A stretch of DNA of 64,000 nt from Eledone cirrhosa (Eukaryota), in assembly GCA_964016885.1 (NCBI GenBank), contig OZ024764.1, positions 18,352,001-18,416,000 of the forward strand. Direction: 5' to 3'. The notes beneath the pieces are model-generated. The model saw only the letters and a list, made by a program, of their open reading frames with translations, ran no database searches and was not told where the DNA came from. Shown here piece after piece: positions 1-11,739 of this stretch. Position 1 is the stretch's first letter. Each line of letters opens with the position of its first letter. The position numbers were made by a program, and so were the translations under genes.

Positions 1-300
1 AATCTGTCTACCAGTAAAGATACTATAAACATTTAGTACAAAACAACACTATGACTACATCACATTAAATATTAAAGTCTTTATTGTAATACTGTAAATC
101 TTTACAACAATCTGTCCACCAGTAAAGATACTATAAACATTTAGTACAAAACAACACTATGACTACATCACATTAAATATTAAAGTCTTTATTGTAATAC
201 TGTAAATCTTTACAACAATCTGTCCATCAGTAAAGATACTATAAACATTTAGTACAAAACAACACTATGACTACATCACATTAAATATTAAAGTCTTTAC
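1..300. repeat. 108-bp tandem repeat, ~2.8 copies visible (may extend left of window)
   Basis: Unit AATCTGTC(T/C)ACCAGTAAAGATACTATAAACATTTAG... restarts at 1, 109 and 217. Confidence 0.9.
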
Positions 301-645
301 AATATAAACATTTGAATTGACAAACGCGTTTTTCGATATTTTCTGCTGAATTATTCTGAAATTCTTTGTAAGAAATAGATATTTATCTCCCTTACGTTTC
401 TGGTGTTTCATAATTCAACTAAGACAGGGACCCACTCAAGAAGCTGTGTGTATGTCTTTCACAAAGAAGGGACCCACTACATCAGAGAGTTCACAACTTG
501 AGATAGATTCTAGCCCCTGGGTGGGGTTGCAGTGGTTGTGCGTAAATTTTAATTAATCAAGGATAAAATTTAATGATTTTTAGCTTTGTATAAATATTTT
601 CTATTATAAGGAAGAACAGATTGATCGTTCATTTTGTTTTGAACT

Positions 646-780
646 GTTGCAGCTCCACATTTGACAAGGGGGTTGCAGCTCCACATTTGACAAGGGGGTT
701 GCAGCTCCACATTTGACAAGGGGGTTGCAGCTCCACATTTGACAATAAGGTTGCAGCTCCATATTTGACAAGGGAGTTAT
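646..780. repeat. 26-bp minisatellite, ~5 copies
   Basis: GTTGCAGCTCCACATTTGACAAGGGG at 646, 672, 698, 724 and 750; the last copies are diverged. Confidence 0.9.
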
Positions 781-896
781 AACCTTGAAATATATTGGGT
801 AAAATATTACTTTATCATTTGCCCTTTATACATAGTACCAGCTTTTTAAAACTTTTATTACATATCCCACAATGCTTAGAATTAACTATACTACTT

Positions 897-1101
897 TATA
901 TATATATGTATGTATATTTTATATATATATTATATATATATAATATATTATATATATATATTATATTGTATATTATATATATATATTATATATATATAAT
1001 ATATATATATATTGTATATTATATATATTATATATTATATATTATATATAATATATTATATATTATATATATATATATTATACATTATATGTATATATAT
1101 T
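897..1101. repeat. degenerate (TA)n/(TAT)n microsatellite
   Basis: Almost pure A/T alternating tract. Confidence 0.9.
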
Positions 1102-1169
1102 AATGGTTTCTGATTTAAATTGACCCCAATACATTACTGGTACTTTGTTTAATGGCAACAATAATAATT

Positions 1170-1382
1170 ATAATTTCTGATTTAGGCTTGAGGCCAACAA
1201 TTTTATGGGGAAAGGAATGTTGATTAAATCGACACCAGTGCATTACTGGTACTTGATTTCATTGACCACGTAAGAATGAAAAGTTAAACTAACCTCGACA
1301 AGATTTTGAACTCAGAACGTAAAGAAACATAACTATATGCTGTTAAAAGATGTCGTCCGACACTCTACCGATTTTGCCAATT
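1170..1382 (-). mobile_element. degenerate tRNA-derived SINE-like copy
   Basis: Minus strand has an A-box-like TGGCAAAATCGGTAGAG (~1363-1379) and a B-box-like GAGTTCAAAATC (~1302-1313). The body motif AAATCGACACCAGTGCATTACTGGTACTT also occurs as a diverged partial copy at ~1117-1145. Family resemblance is from recall only. Confidence 0.5.
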
Positions 1383-1461
1383 ATTGTGTAATAATAATTA
1401 TAATAATTTATTTATTTATAATAATAATTGTACATATCTTTTTTTCACTTTTAATAAAATT

Positions 1462-1549
<88 letters not shown>
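1462..1549. repeat. compound (TA)n(GA)n microsatellite
   Basis: Directly visible. Confidence 0.95.
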
Positions 1550-1554
<5 letters not shown>

Positions 1555-2107
1555 CAACAGAAACTCAAAACCTCCATCTCAATTTTACTTTTGAAAACCG
1601 TAAAAACTGCGAAACTGGTAAAGTAAATAAATAAATAAATATTCTTAAAAGATTCCAATTATATTTTCCTTATATGAATGTATGTATAGTATATTTGATA
1701 ATATACTGTATGTTTAATTAAAAACATGTTGAAGAACCATTCGCTATGAGTTTTAAAGTAGTGACTATGTCACTTACTTATTCTCGGCAAAAGCAAAGAA
1801 GAGTGATCCACAGACCTGTTTCTCGCTTGTTAGCACTTATCAAGACCACTCACTCCTTTGCTTCTGGCGAGAGTTATAGAAGCTGGATTCTTATAGAATT
1901 CCAATTTTTTTCCGACCTATATTATAACAATTGTTACTAAATTTTTCTGTCTGTCTGTCACATGAGCACTGCAATCTCAGAAAATATTGTTAAAATATTT
2001 TGTATCTAGAATTTATGGGAAATAAATGTTCTCAATTTCTTGAGAAATCAATAAACTTCATAAATGGTGTTGTTTAGTTTGTGTATTTTTCTTTCTTTAA
2101 CTCTCTC

Positions 2108-2110
<3 letters not shown>

Positions 2111-2179
<69 letters not shown>
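2111..2179. repeat. (TA)n microsatellite
   Basis: Perfect dinucleotide tract directly upstream of the SINE head. Confidence 0.95.
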
Positions 2180-2181
<2 letters not shown>

Positions 2182-2520
2182 CACATGGCTTAGTGGTTAG
2201 AGCATTGGCCTTGCAATCGAAAGGTTGTGAGTTCAATTCTCAGACTGGGTGATGTGTTGTTTCCTTGAGCAAGAGACTTTATTTCACATTGCTCCAGTTT
2301 ACTCAGCTGTAGAAATGAGATGACAGGGACTGCGGTCCCTATCATTCCACTGCAAAGTGGTCGTGGAGGTGCCACGGCAAAAAAGCACCCAGCACTCACT
2401 GTAAATGAGGTTGGTGTTAGGAAGGGCATCCAGCTGTAGAAATCAAGCCAGAATTAGTTCCCGTCCCACCCTTGCAAGCAGGGAAAAGCGGATGTAAAAT
2501 GAAATGATGATGAATCATCA
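2180..2520 (+). mobile_element. tRNA-derived SINE
   Basis: Pol III A box TGGCTTAGTGG (2186-2196) and B box GTTCAATTC (2231-2239). A core-like CCTTGAGCAAGAGACTT follows, then a 3' segment GGTTGGTGTTAGGAAGGGCATCCAGCTGTAGAAA and an (ATG)n-like tail. No intact tRNA acceptor stem. Confidence 0.7.
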
Positions 2521-2549
2521 TCGAGAGAGACAGACACACAGACATATAT

Positions 2550-4102
2550 ACAAATGGCTTCTACAGGACTGTTTCATTCAAAGGAAATAGTAGTATATAT
2601 GCTATATTTACTATAGAAATGGCTTCTAAATGATTGAAACTGTTTCATTCGAAGGAAATAGTAGTGTATATGCCATATTTATAATAGAAATAGCTTCTAC
2701 AGGTCTAGAACTCTTCCATTTTAAGGAAATAGTAGTATATATGCAATATTTAATATAGAAATGGCTTCTAAATGACTAGATCTGTTTCATTTGAAGGAAA
2801 TAAACCATATTCAGTATTTACTATAGATATGGCTTTTACAGGACCACTTAAAGGAGATAGAAGCTTTTAATATAGAAATAGCTTCTATAGCCCTAGAACT
2901 GTCTAATTTGTAGAGTATACACAGTAATTAATATACAAAATGGCTTCTACAGGACAAGAACTGTTTCATTTGAGGGAAATTGTAGTGTATAAGCAATATT
3001 TATAATAGAAATGGCTTGTAAATGACTAGATCTGTTTCATTTGAAGGAAATAGTAGTTTATATTCAGTATTTAATATTTGAAGGAAATAGTGTATATGCA
3101 ATATCTTTAATGGAAATGGCTGCTACAGGTCTAGAACTTTCATTTGAAGGGAACAGTAGAGTATATACAGTATTTAATAGACAAAATGGCTTCTGCAGGT
3201 CTACAACTGTTTCATTTGAGGGGTATTAGTAGATTATATGCAATATTTAATACAGAAATGGCTTCTACAGGACTTAAACTCATTAATTGAAGGGTATTAG
3301 TAGATTATATGCCATATATAATACAGAAGTGACTTCTAAAGGACTAAAATTCTTTAATTTGAAGGAAATAGTAGTGTATATGCCATATTTAATAGAGAAA
3401 TGGCTTCTAAAGCACTAGGACTCTAAGGAAATAGTAGTGAATATGCAATATTTAATGCAGAAATGGCTCTCTACAAGACTGAAACTGATATATTTGGTGG
3501 AAATAAGAGTCGACAAGCCATATTTCATACAGAACTGACTTCTAAAGGACTAGAACTCTTTAGTTCGGAGGAAATAGTAGTGTATATGCCATATTTAATA
3601 GAGAAATGGCTTCTAGAGCACTAGAATATTTAATTGGAAGGAAATATTAGTGTATATGCAATATTTAATACAGAATGGCTTCTACAGGAATAAAACTCAT
3701 TAATTTGAAGAGTATTAATATATTATATGCAATATTAAATAGAGAAATGGACTCTAAAGCATTGGAACTCTTTAATTCGAATCAAATAGTACTATATATG
3801 CAATATTTAATGCAGAAATGGCATCTAAAGGACTAGAACTCTTTAATTTGAAGGAAATAGTAGTCTATATGCCACATTTAACACCAAAATGACTTCTAAA
3901 GGACTAGAACTCATTAATTCAGAGGAAATAGTAGTGTATATGTAATATTTAATGCAGAAATTGCTTCTACAGGCCTGAAACCAATGTATTTGGTGGAAAT
4001 AAGTAAATAAGCCATATTTCATACAGAAATGGCTTCTAAATGACTAGAACTCTTCAATTCGAAAGACACATTATTGTATATGCAATATTTAATGCAGAAA
4101 TA
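2550..4102. repeat. diverged ~71-bp minisatellite, ~21 copies
   Basis: AGAAATGGCTTCTA(C/A)AGGACTAGAACT...GAAGGAAATAGTAGTGTATATGCAATATTTAAT recurs, e.g. at 3254, 3325 and 3396. Confidence 0.85.
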
Positions 4103-7100
4103 GTCATTTATGATGTGATTTTAGAGTCATTTATAGAGCTGTTTTAGTCATTTTTGTTGCCGTTTTAGCCATTGTAGAGTCGATTTAATCATGATGCCAT
4201 TTTAGAGTAATTTTAGTCATTTATGATGTTGTTTTAGTCAATTATGATGGCATTTTAGTCATTTATGATGCATTTTTAGTCATTTTAGTGTAAATTTAGT
4301 CGTTTAAGGGGCCACTTTGGAGTTAATTTAGTCATTTAAGGAGCCATTTTAGTCAAATTAGTCATTTATGATGCCGTTTTAGCCAATTTAGTCATTTATG
4401 ATGCTGTTTTAGTTATTTAAGGAGTTGTTTTAGCTATTTTAGTCATTTATGATGCCGTTTTAGTCATTTTAAAGTCAATTTAGCCATTTTAGAGTCGATT
4501 AAGTCATTTATGATGCAGTTTTAGCCATTTCAGAGTCATTTATCATGCTGGTTTAGCCATTTTAGTCATTCATGATGCCATTTTAGTCAATTAAGGCGTC
4601 GTTTTAGCCATTTTAGAGTAATTTTAGTCATTTATGATGATATTTTAACCATTTTAGTCAATTATGATGCCGCTTTGGCCAATTTAAACATGATGCCGAG
4701 TCAATTTAGTCATTTATGATGCAGTTTTGGCCATTTGAGAGTAATGTTAGCAATTTATGATGCTGTTTTAGCCATTTAAGCATTTATGATGCCGTTTTAG
4801 CCATTTTAGAGTCATTTATGATACCGTTTTAGCCAATTTAGAGTTAATTTAGTCCTTTATGATACATTTTATCCATTTTAGAGTCATTTATAATGCTATT
4901 TTAGTCATTTATGATGCTATTTTAGTCATTTTTTATGCCGTTTTAGCCATTGTGAGTCAATTTAATCATTTATGATACCGTTTGAGCCATTTTAGTCATT
5001 TATGATGCTGTTTTAGTCAATTATAATGCCATTTTAATCATTTATGATGCATTTTTAGCCATTTAATGTAAATTTAGTCGTTTAAAGAGCCATTTTGGAG
5101 TCAATTTAGTCATTTAAGGAGCCGTTCCAGCCATTTTAGAGTTATTTTAATCACTTATAATGCTGTTTTAGTCATTTTTTTATGCAGTTTTGGCCATTTT
5201 AGCGTCAATTTAGTCATTTATGATGCAGTTTTATACATTTTAGTCATTTATAATGCAGTTTTAGCCATTTTAGTCATGTATGATGCCGTTTTGGTCATTT
5301 TAGTCAATTATGATGCTGTTTTAGCCATTTTTGAGTCATTTTATTCATTCATGATGCCGTTTAAGCCATTTTGGTTATTTATGATGTCGTTTTAGCCATT
5401 TAAGTCATTTCTGATGCCGTTTTAGCCATTCATAATGCTATTTTAGTCATTTATGATGCTGTTTTAGCCATTTTAGAGTGAATTTAGCTATTTTAGAGTC
5501 ATTTATGATGCCGTTTAAGCCATTTTAGTCATTTAGGATTCAGTTTTAGCCATGTTAGAGTCATTTATGAAACAGTTTTTGCCATTTAAGAGTCATTTTA
5601 GTCATTTCTGATGGCGTTTTAGCCATTCTAGAGTCAATTTAGCCATTTTAGAGTCATATTAGTCATTTATGATGCTGTTTTAGCCATTTTAATCATTTAG
5701 GATGCAGTTTTAGACATTTTAGTCATTTAGGATGCAGTTTTAGCCATTTAAGTCATTTCTGATGCCATTTTAGTCGTTTATGATGCCGTTTTAGTCATTT
5801 TAGAGTCATATTAGTCATTTATGGTGCCGTTTTAGCCATTATAGAGTCTATTTAGACATTTATGATGCCGTTTTAGTCAATTTAGCCATTTTAAAGTCAT
5901 ATTAGTCATTAATGATGCTGTTTTGGCCATTTTAATCATTTATGATGCAGTTTTAGCCATTTAAGAGGCCATTTTAGCCCATTTAAGTCATTTCTGATGC
6001 CGTTTTAGCAATTTTATAGCCATTTTAGTCATTTATGATGCCGTTTTAGTCATTTAGGATGCAGTTTTAGCCATTTAAGTAATTTCTGATGCAGTTTTAG
6101 CCATTATATAGTCAATTGAGCCATTTTAGTCGTTTATGATGCCCTTTTAGAGTCAATTTAGCCATTTTAGAGTCATATTAGTCATAAATGTTGCCATTTT
6201 AGCTATTTTAGAGTCATTTTAGTCATTTATAATGGCGTTTTAACCATTTTATAGTCATTTATGATGCCGTTTTAGTCATTTTAGATTCAATTTAGCCATT
6301 TTAGAGTCGTAGTCATTTATGATGCTGTTTTAGCCAATTTAATCATTTAGGATGAAGTTTTAGACATTTTAGAGTCATATTAGTCATTTATGATGCAGTT
6401 TTAGCCATTTTAGAGTCTATTTAGACATTTATGATGCCGTTTTAGTCAATTTAGCCATTTTAAAGTCATATTAGTCATTAATGATGCTGTTTTAGGCATT
6501 TTAATCATTTATGATGCAGTTTTAGCCATTTAAGACACCGTTTTAGCCATTTAAGTCATTTCTGATGCCGTTTTAGCAATTTTATAGCCATTTTAGAGTG
6601 AATTTAACCATTTTAAAGTCATTTTAGTCATTTATGATGCCGTTTAAGCCATTTATTCATTTAGGATGCAGTTTTAGCCATGTTAGAGGCATTTTAGTCA
6701 TTTATGATGCAGTTTTAGACATTTTAGCCGGTTTAGCTATTTTAGAGTCAATTTAGTCATTCGTAATGGCGTTTTAACCATTTTATAGTCATTTATAATG
6801 CCGTTTTAGTCATTTTAGGGTAATTTTCTTCTTTTATGATGCCATTTTATAGTCAATTTAGTCATTCATAATGCCGTTTTAGTCATTTATGATACCGTTA
6901 TAGTCAGTTTAGTGTCATTTTCTTCTTTTATGATGCAGTTTTAGCCATTTTAGAGTCAATTTCGCCATTTTAGAGTCATATTATTCATTTCTGATGCTGT
7001 TTTAGCCATTTTAATCATTCATGATGCAGTTTTAGCCATTTAAGAGGCCGTTTTAGCAATTTTAGAGTGAATTTAGCCATTTTAGAGTCATTTATGATGC

Positions 7101-8650
7101 TGTTTTAGTCATTTTAGAATGATATTAGTCACTTATGGTGCCGTTTTAGCTATTTTAGAGTCAATTTAGCCATTTTAGTCATTCACAATGTCGTTTTAGC
7201 CATTTTATAATCATTTTAGTCATTTGTGATGCCCTTTTAGTCATTTTAGTGTCATTCGTTTCATTTATGATGCCAATTTAGCCATTTTAGAGTCATATTA
7301 GTCATTCGTGGTGCTGTTTTAGCCATTTTAATCATTTAGGATGCAATTTGAGTCATTTAGGATGCAGTTTGAGACATTTTAGAGTCATTTTAGTAATTTA
7401 TGATGCAGTTTTAGCCATTTAAGAGTCACTTTAGTCATTTCTGATGCCGTTTTAGCCATTAGATAGTCAATTTAGCTATTTTAGTTCTTTATGATGCCGT
7501 TTTAGTCAATTTAGCCATTTTAGAGTCATATTAGTCATTTATGGTGCCGTTTTAGCTATTTTAGAGTCAATTTAGTCATTCATAATGGGGTTTTAACCAT
7601 TTTATAGTTATTTTAGTCATTTATGATGCCGTTTTAGTCATTTTCTTCTTTTATGATGCAGTTTTAGCCATTTTAGAGTAAATTTAGCCTATTTAGTCGT
7701 TTAAGAGGCCGTTTAAGTCATTTAAAAGTGAATTTAGCCATTTTAGAGTCATATTAGTCATTTATGATGCCGTTTCAGCCATTGTATAGTCAATTTACTC
7801 ATTTATGATGCCGTTTTAGTCATTTTAGTGTCATTTTCTCCTTTTATGATGTCAATTTAGCCATTTTAGAGTCATATTAGTCATTTATGATGCCGTTTCA
7901 GCCATTGTATAGTCAATTTAGTCATTTATGATGCCGTTTTAGTCATTTTAGTGTCATTTTCTCCTTTTATGATGTCAATTTAGCCATTTTAGAGTCATAT
8001 TAATCATTTATGTTGCTGTTTTAGCCATTTTAATCATTTAGGATGCAATTTGAATCATTTAGGATTCAGTTAGAGACATTTTAGTCATTTATGATGCAGT
8101 TTTAGTCATTTTAAGCATTTATGATGCCGTTTTAGCTATTTTAATCATTTATGATGCCGTTTTAGCCATTTTAGATTCATTTTAGTCATTTATGATACAG
8201 TTTTAGCCATTTAAGAGTCATTTTAGTCATTTCTGATGCCGTTTTAGCTACAATATAGTCAATTTAGCCATTTTAGTTGTTTATGATTCCGTTTAGCCAT
8301 TTTAGAGTCAATTTGGCAATTTTTGAGTCATGTTAGTCATTTATGATGCTGTATTAGCCATTTTAATCATTTAGGATGCAGTTTTAGTCGTTTAGAATGC
8401 AGTTTTAGACATTTTAGAATCATTTTAGTCATTTATGATGCAGTTTTCCCAATTTAAGAGGCCGTTTTAGCCATTTAAGTCATTTCTGATGCCGTTTTAG
8501 CAATTTTATGGCCATTTTACAGTTAATTTAGCCTATATAGTCGTTTATCATGCCGTTTTAGTCATTGTAGAGTCAATTTAGCCATTTTAGAGTCATATTA
8601 TACATTTCTGATGCTATTTTAGCCATTTTAATCATTCATGATGCAGTTTT
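4102..8650 (+). repeat. degenerate short-period satellite (TTTTAGTCATTTATGATGCCG / TTTTAGCCATTTTAGAGTCA modules)
   Basis: Irregular concatenation of ~9-22-bp modules built on TTTTAG(T/C)CA; no fixed long monomer. Confidence 0.85.
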
Positions 8651-11600
8651 AGACAATTGAGAGTCGTTTTACTCATTTTAAGGAGTGTTTTAGCCATTTT
8701 AGAGACGTTTTAGTCAGTTATGGTGCCGTTACAGCCCTTTTAGTGTCATTTTATCAATTATAGAGTCCGTTATAGCCCTTATAGAGTCATTTTAGCCATT
8801 TTAGAGTAGTTTTACTCATTTAAGGAGTGTTTTGGGCATTTGAGAGGGAATTTAGAAATTTGAGAGTCGTTTTACTAATTTAAGGAGGGTTCTAGCCATT
8901 TTAGAGACGTTTTAGTCATTTATGGTGCCGTTTTAGTGTCATTTTATAAATTATTGAGTCCGTTATAGCCCTTATGGAGTCATTTTATAGTGGTTTTTCT
9001 CATTTAAGGAGTGTTTTAGCCATTTTAGAGGGATTTTAGACATTTGAGAGTCGTTTTACTAATTTAAGGAGTGTTTTAGCCATTTTAGAGACGTTTTAGT
9101 CATGTATGGTGCCGTTACAGCCCTTTTTGTGTCATTTTATCAATGATAATGTCCGTTATATCCCATATAGAGCCATTTTAGTGTGGTTTTACTCATTTAA
9201 AGAGTGTTTTAGCCATTTTAGAGGGATTTTAGACATTTGAGAGTCGTTTTACTCATTTAAGGAGTGTTTTAGCCATTTTAGAGAAGTTTTAGTCATTTAT
9301 GGTGCCGTTACAGCCCTTTTAGTGTCATTTTATGAAGTATAGAGTCCGTTATGGCACTTATAGAGTCATTTTAGCCATTTTAGAGTGGTTTTACTCATTT
9401 AAGGTGTGTTTTAGTCATTTTAGAGACCTTTTAGTCATTTATGGTGCCGTTTTAGAGTCATTTTATAAATTATAGAGTCCGTTATAGAGTCATTTTAGAG
9501 TGGTTTTACTCATTTAAGGAGTGTTTTAGCCATTTTAGAGACGTTTTAGTCATTTATGGTGCCGTTACAGCCCTTTTAGTGTCATTTTATCAATTATAGA
9601 GAACGTTATAGCCCTTATAGAGTCATTTTAGAGTGGTTTTACTCATTTAAGGAGTGTTTTAGCCATTTTAGAGGGATTTTAGACATTTGAGAGTGGTTTT
9701 ACTAATTTAAGGAGTGTTTTAGCCATTTTAGAGACGTTTGAGTCATTTATGGTGGCGTTACAGCCCTTTTAGTGTCATTTTGTCAATTATAGAGTCCGTT
9801 ATAGGCCTTATAGTGTCATTTTAGCCATTTTAGAGTGGTTTTACACATTTAAGGAGTGTTTTAGCCATTTTAGAGGGATTTTAGACATTTGAGAGTCGTT
9901 TTACTAATTTAAGGAGTGCTTTAGCCATTTTAGAGACGTTTTAGTCATTTATGGTGCCGTTACAGCCCTTTTAGTGTCATTTTATCAATTATAGAGTCCG
10001 TTATAGGCCTTATAGGGTCATTTTAGCCATTTTAGAGTGGTTTTACTCATTTAAGGAGTGTTTTAGCCATTTTAGAAGGATTTTAGACATTTGAGAGTCG
10101 TTTTACTAATTTAAGGAGTGTTTCAGCCATTTTAGAGACGTTTTATTCATTTACGGTGCCATTACAACCCTTTTAGTGTCATTTTATCAATTATAGAGTC
10201 CGTTATAGCCCTCAGAGAGTCATTTCAAACATTTTAGAGTGGTTTTACTCATTTAAGGAGTGTTTTAGCCAGTTTAGAGACGTTTTAGTCATTTATCGTG
10301 CCGTTACAACCCTTTTAGTGTCATTTTATCAATTATAGAGTCTTTATAGCCCTTATAGAGTCATTTTAGTGTGGTTTCACTCATTTAAGGAGTGTTTTAG
10401 CCATTGTAGAGATATTTTAGACATTTGAGAGTCGTTTTACTAATTTAAGGAGTGTTTTAGCCATTTTAGAGACGTTTTAGTCATATATGGTGCCATTACA
10501 GCCCTTTGAGTGTCATTTTATCAATTATAGAGTCCGTTATAGCCCTTATAGGGTCATTTTAGCCATTTTAGAGTGGTTTTACTCATTTAATGAGTGTTTT
10601 AGCAAATTTAGAGGGATTTTAGACATTTGATAGTCGTTTTACTAATTTAAGGAGTGTTTTAGAGACGTTTTAGTCATTTATGGTGCCGTTACAGCCCTTT
10701 TAGTGTCATTTTATCAATTATAGAGTCGGTTATAGCCCTTATAGAGGCATTTTAGCCATTTTAGAGTGGTTTTTCTAATTTAAGGAGTGTTTTAGCCATT
10801 TCAGAGGGATTTTAGACATTTGAGAGCCTTTTTACTAATTTAAGGAGTGTTTTAGCCATTTTAGAGACGTTTTAGTCATTTATGGTGCCGTTACAGCCCT
10901 TTTAGTGTCATTTTATCAATTATAAAGTCCGTTATATCCCAAATAGAGCCATTTTAGAGTGGTTTTACTCATTTAATAATTGTTTTAGCCATTTTAGACA
11001 TTTGAGAGTCGTTTTACTAATTTAAGGAGTGTTTTAGCCATTTTAGACGCGTTTTAGTCATTTATGGTGCCGTTCCAGCCCTTTTAGTGTCATTTTGTCA
11101 ATCATAGAGTCCGTTATAGTCCATTTTAGCCATTTTAGAGTAGTTTTACTCATTTAAGGAGTGTTTTAGCCATTTGAGAGGGATTTTAGACATTTGAGAG
11201 TCGTTTTTCTAATTTAAGGAGTGTTTTAGCCATTTTAGAGACGTTTTAGTCATTTATGGTGCCGTTTTAGTGTCATTTTATGAATTATAGAGTCCGGTAT
11301 AGCACATATAGAGTCATTTTAGAGTGGTTTTACTCATTTAAGGAGTGCTTTAGCCATTTTAGTGATGCTTTAGTCATTTATGGTGCCGTTACAGCCCTTT
11401 TAGTGCCATTTTATCAATTATAGAGTCCGTTATATCCCTTGTAGAGTCATTTTAGAGTGCTTTTACTCATTTAAGGAGTGTTTTAGCCATTTTAGAGGGA
11501 TTTTAGACATTTGAGAGTCCTTTTACTAATTTAAGGAGTGTTTTAACAATTTTAGAGACCTTTTAGTCATTTATGGTGCCGTTACAACCCTTTTAGTGTC

Positions 11601-11739
11601 ATTTTATCAATTATAGAGTCTTTATAGCCCTTATAGAGTCATTTTAGCCATTTTAGAGTGGTTTTACAAATTTAATGAGTGTTTTAGCCATTTTAGAGGG
11701 ATTTTAGACATTTGAGAGTCGTTTTACTAACTTAAGGAG
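8650..11739 (+). repeat. ~140-200-bp monomer satellite, T-rich orientation, moderately diverged
   Basis: Recurrent GGTGCCGTTACAGCCCTTTTAGTGTCATTTTATCAATTATAGAGTCCGTTATAGCCCTTATAGAG; reverse complement of the 11740-32512 array. Confidence 0.9.

Noticed and set aside
2180-2255. Possible tRNA gene
   Set aside because: A and B boxes are present but there is no convincing cloverleaf or acceptor stem, and it continues into a SINE-like body.
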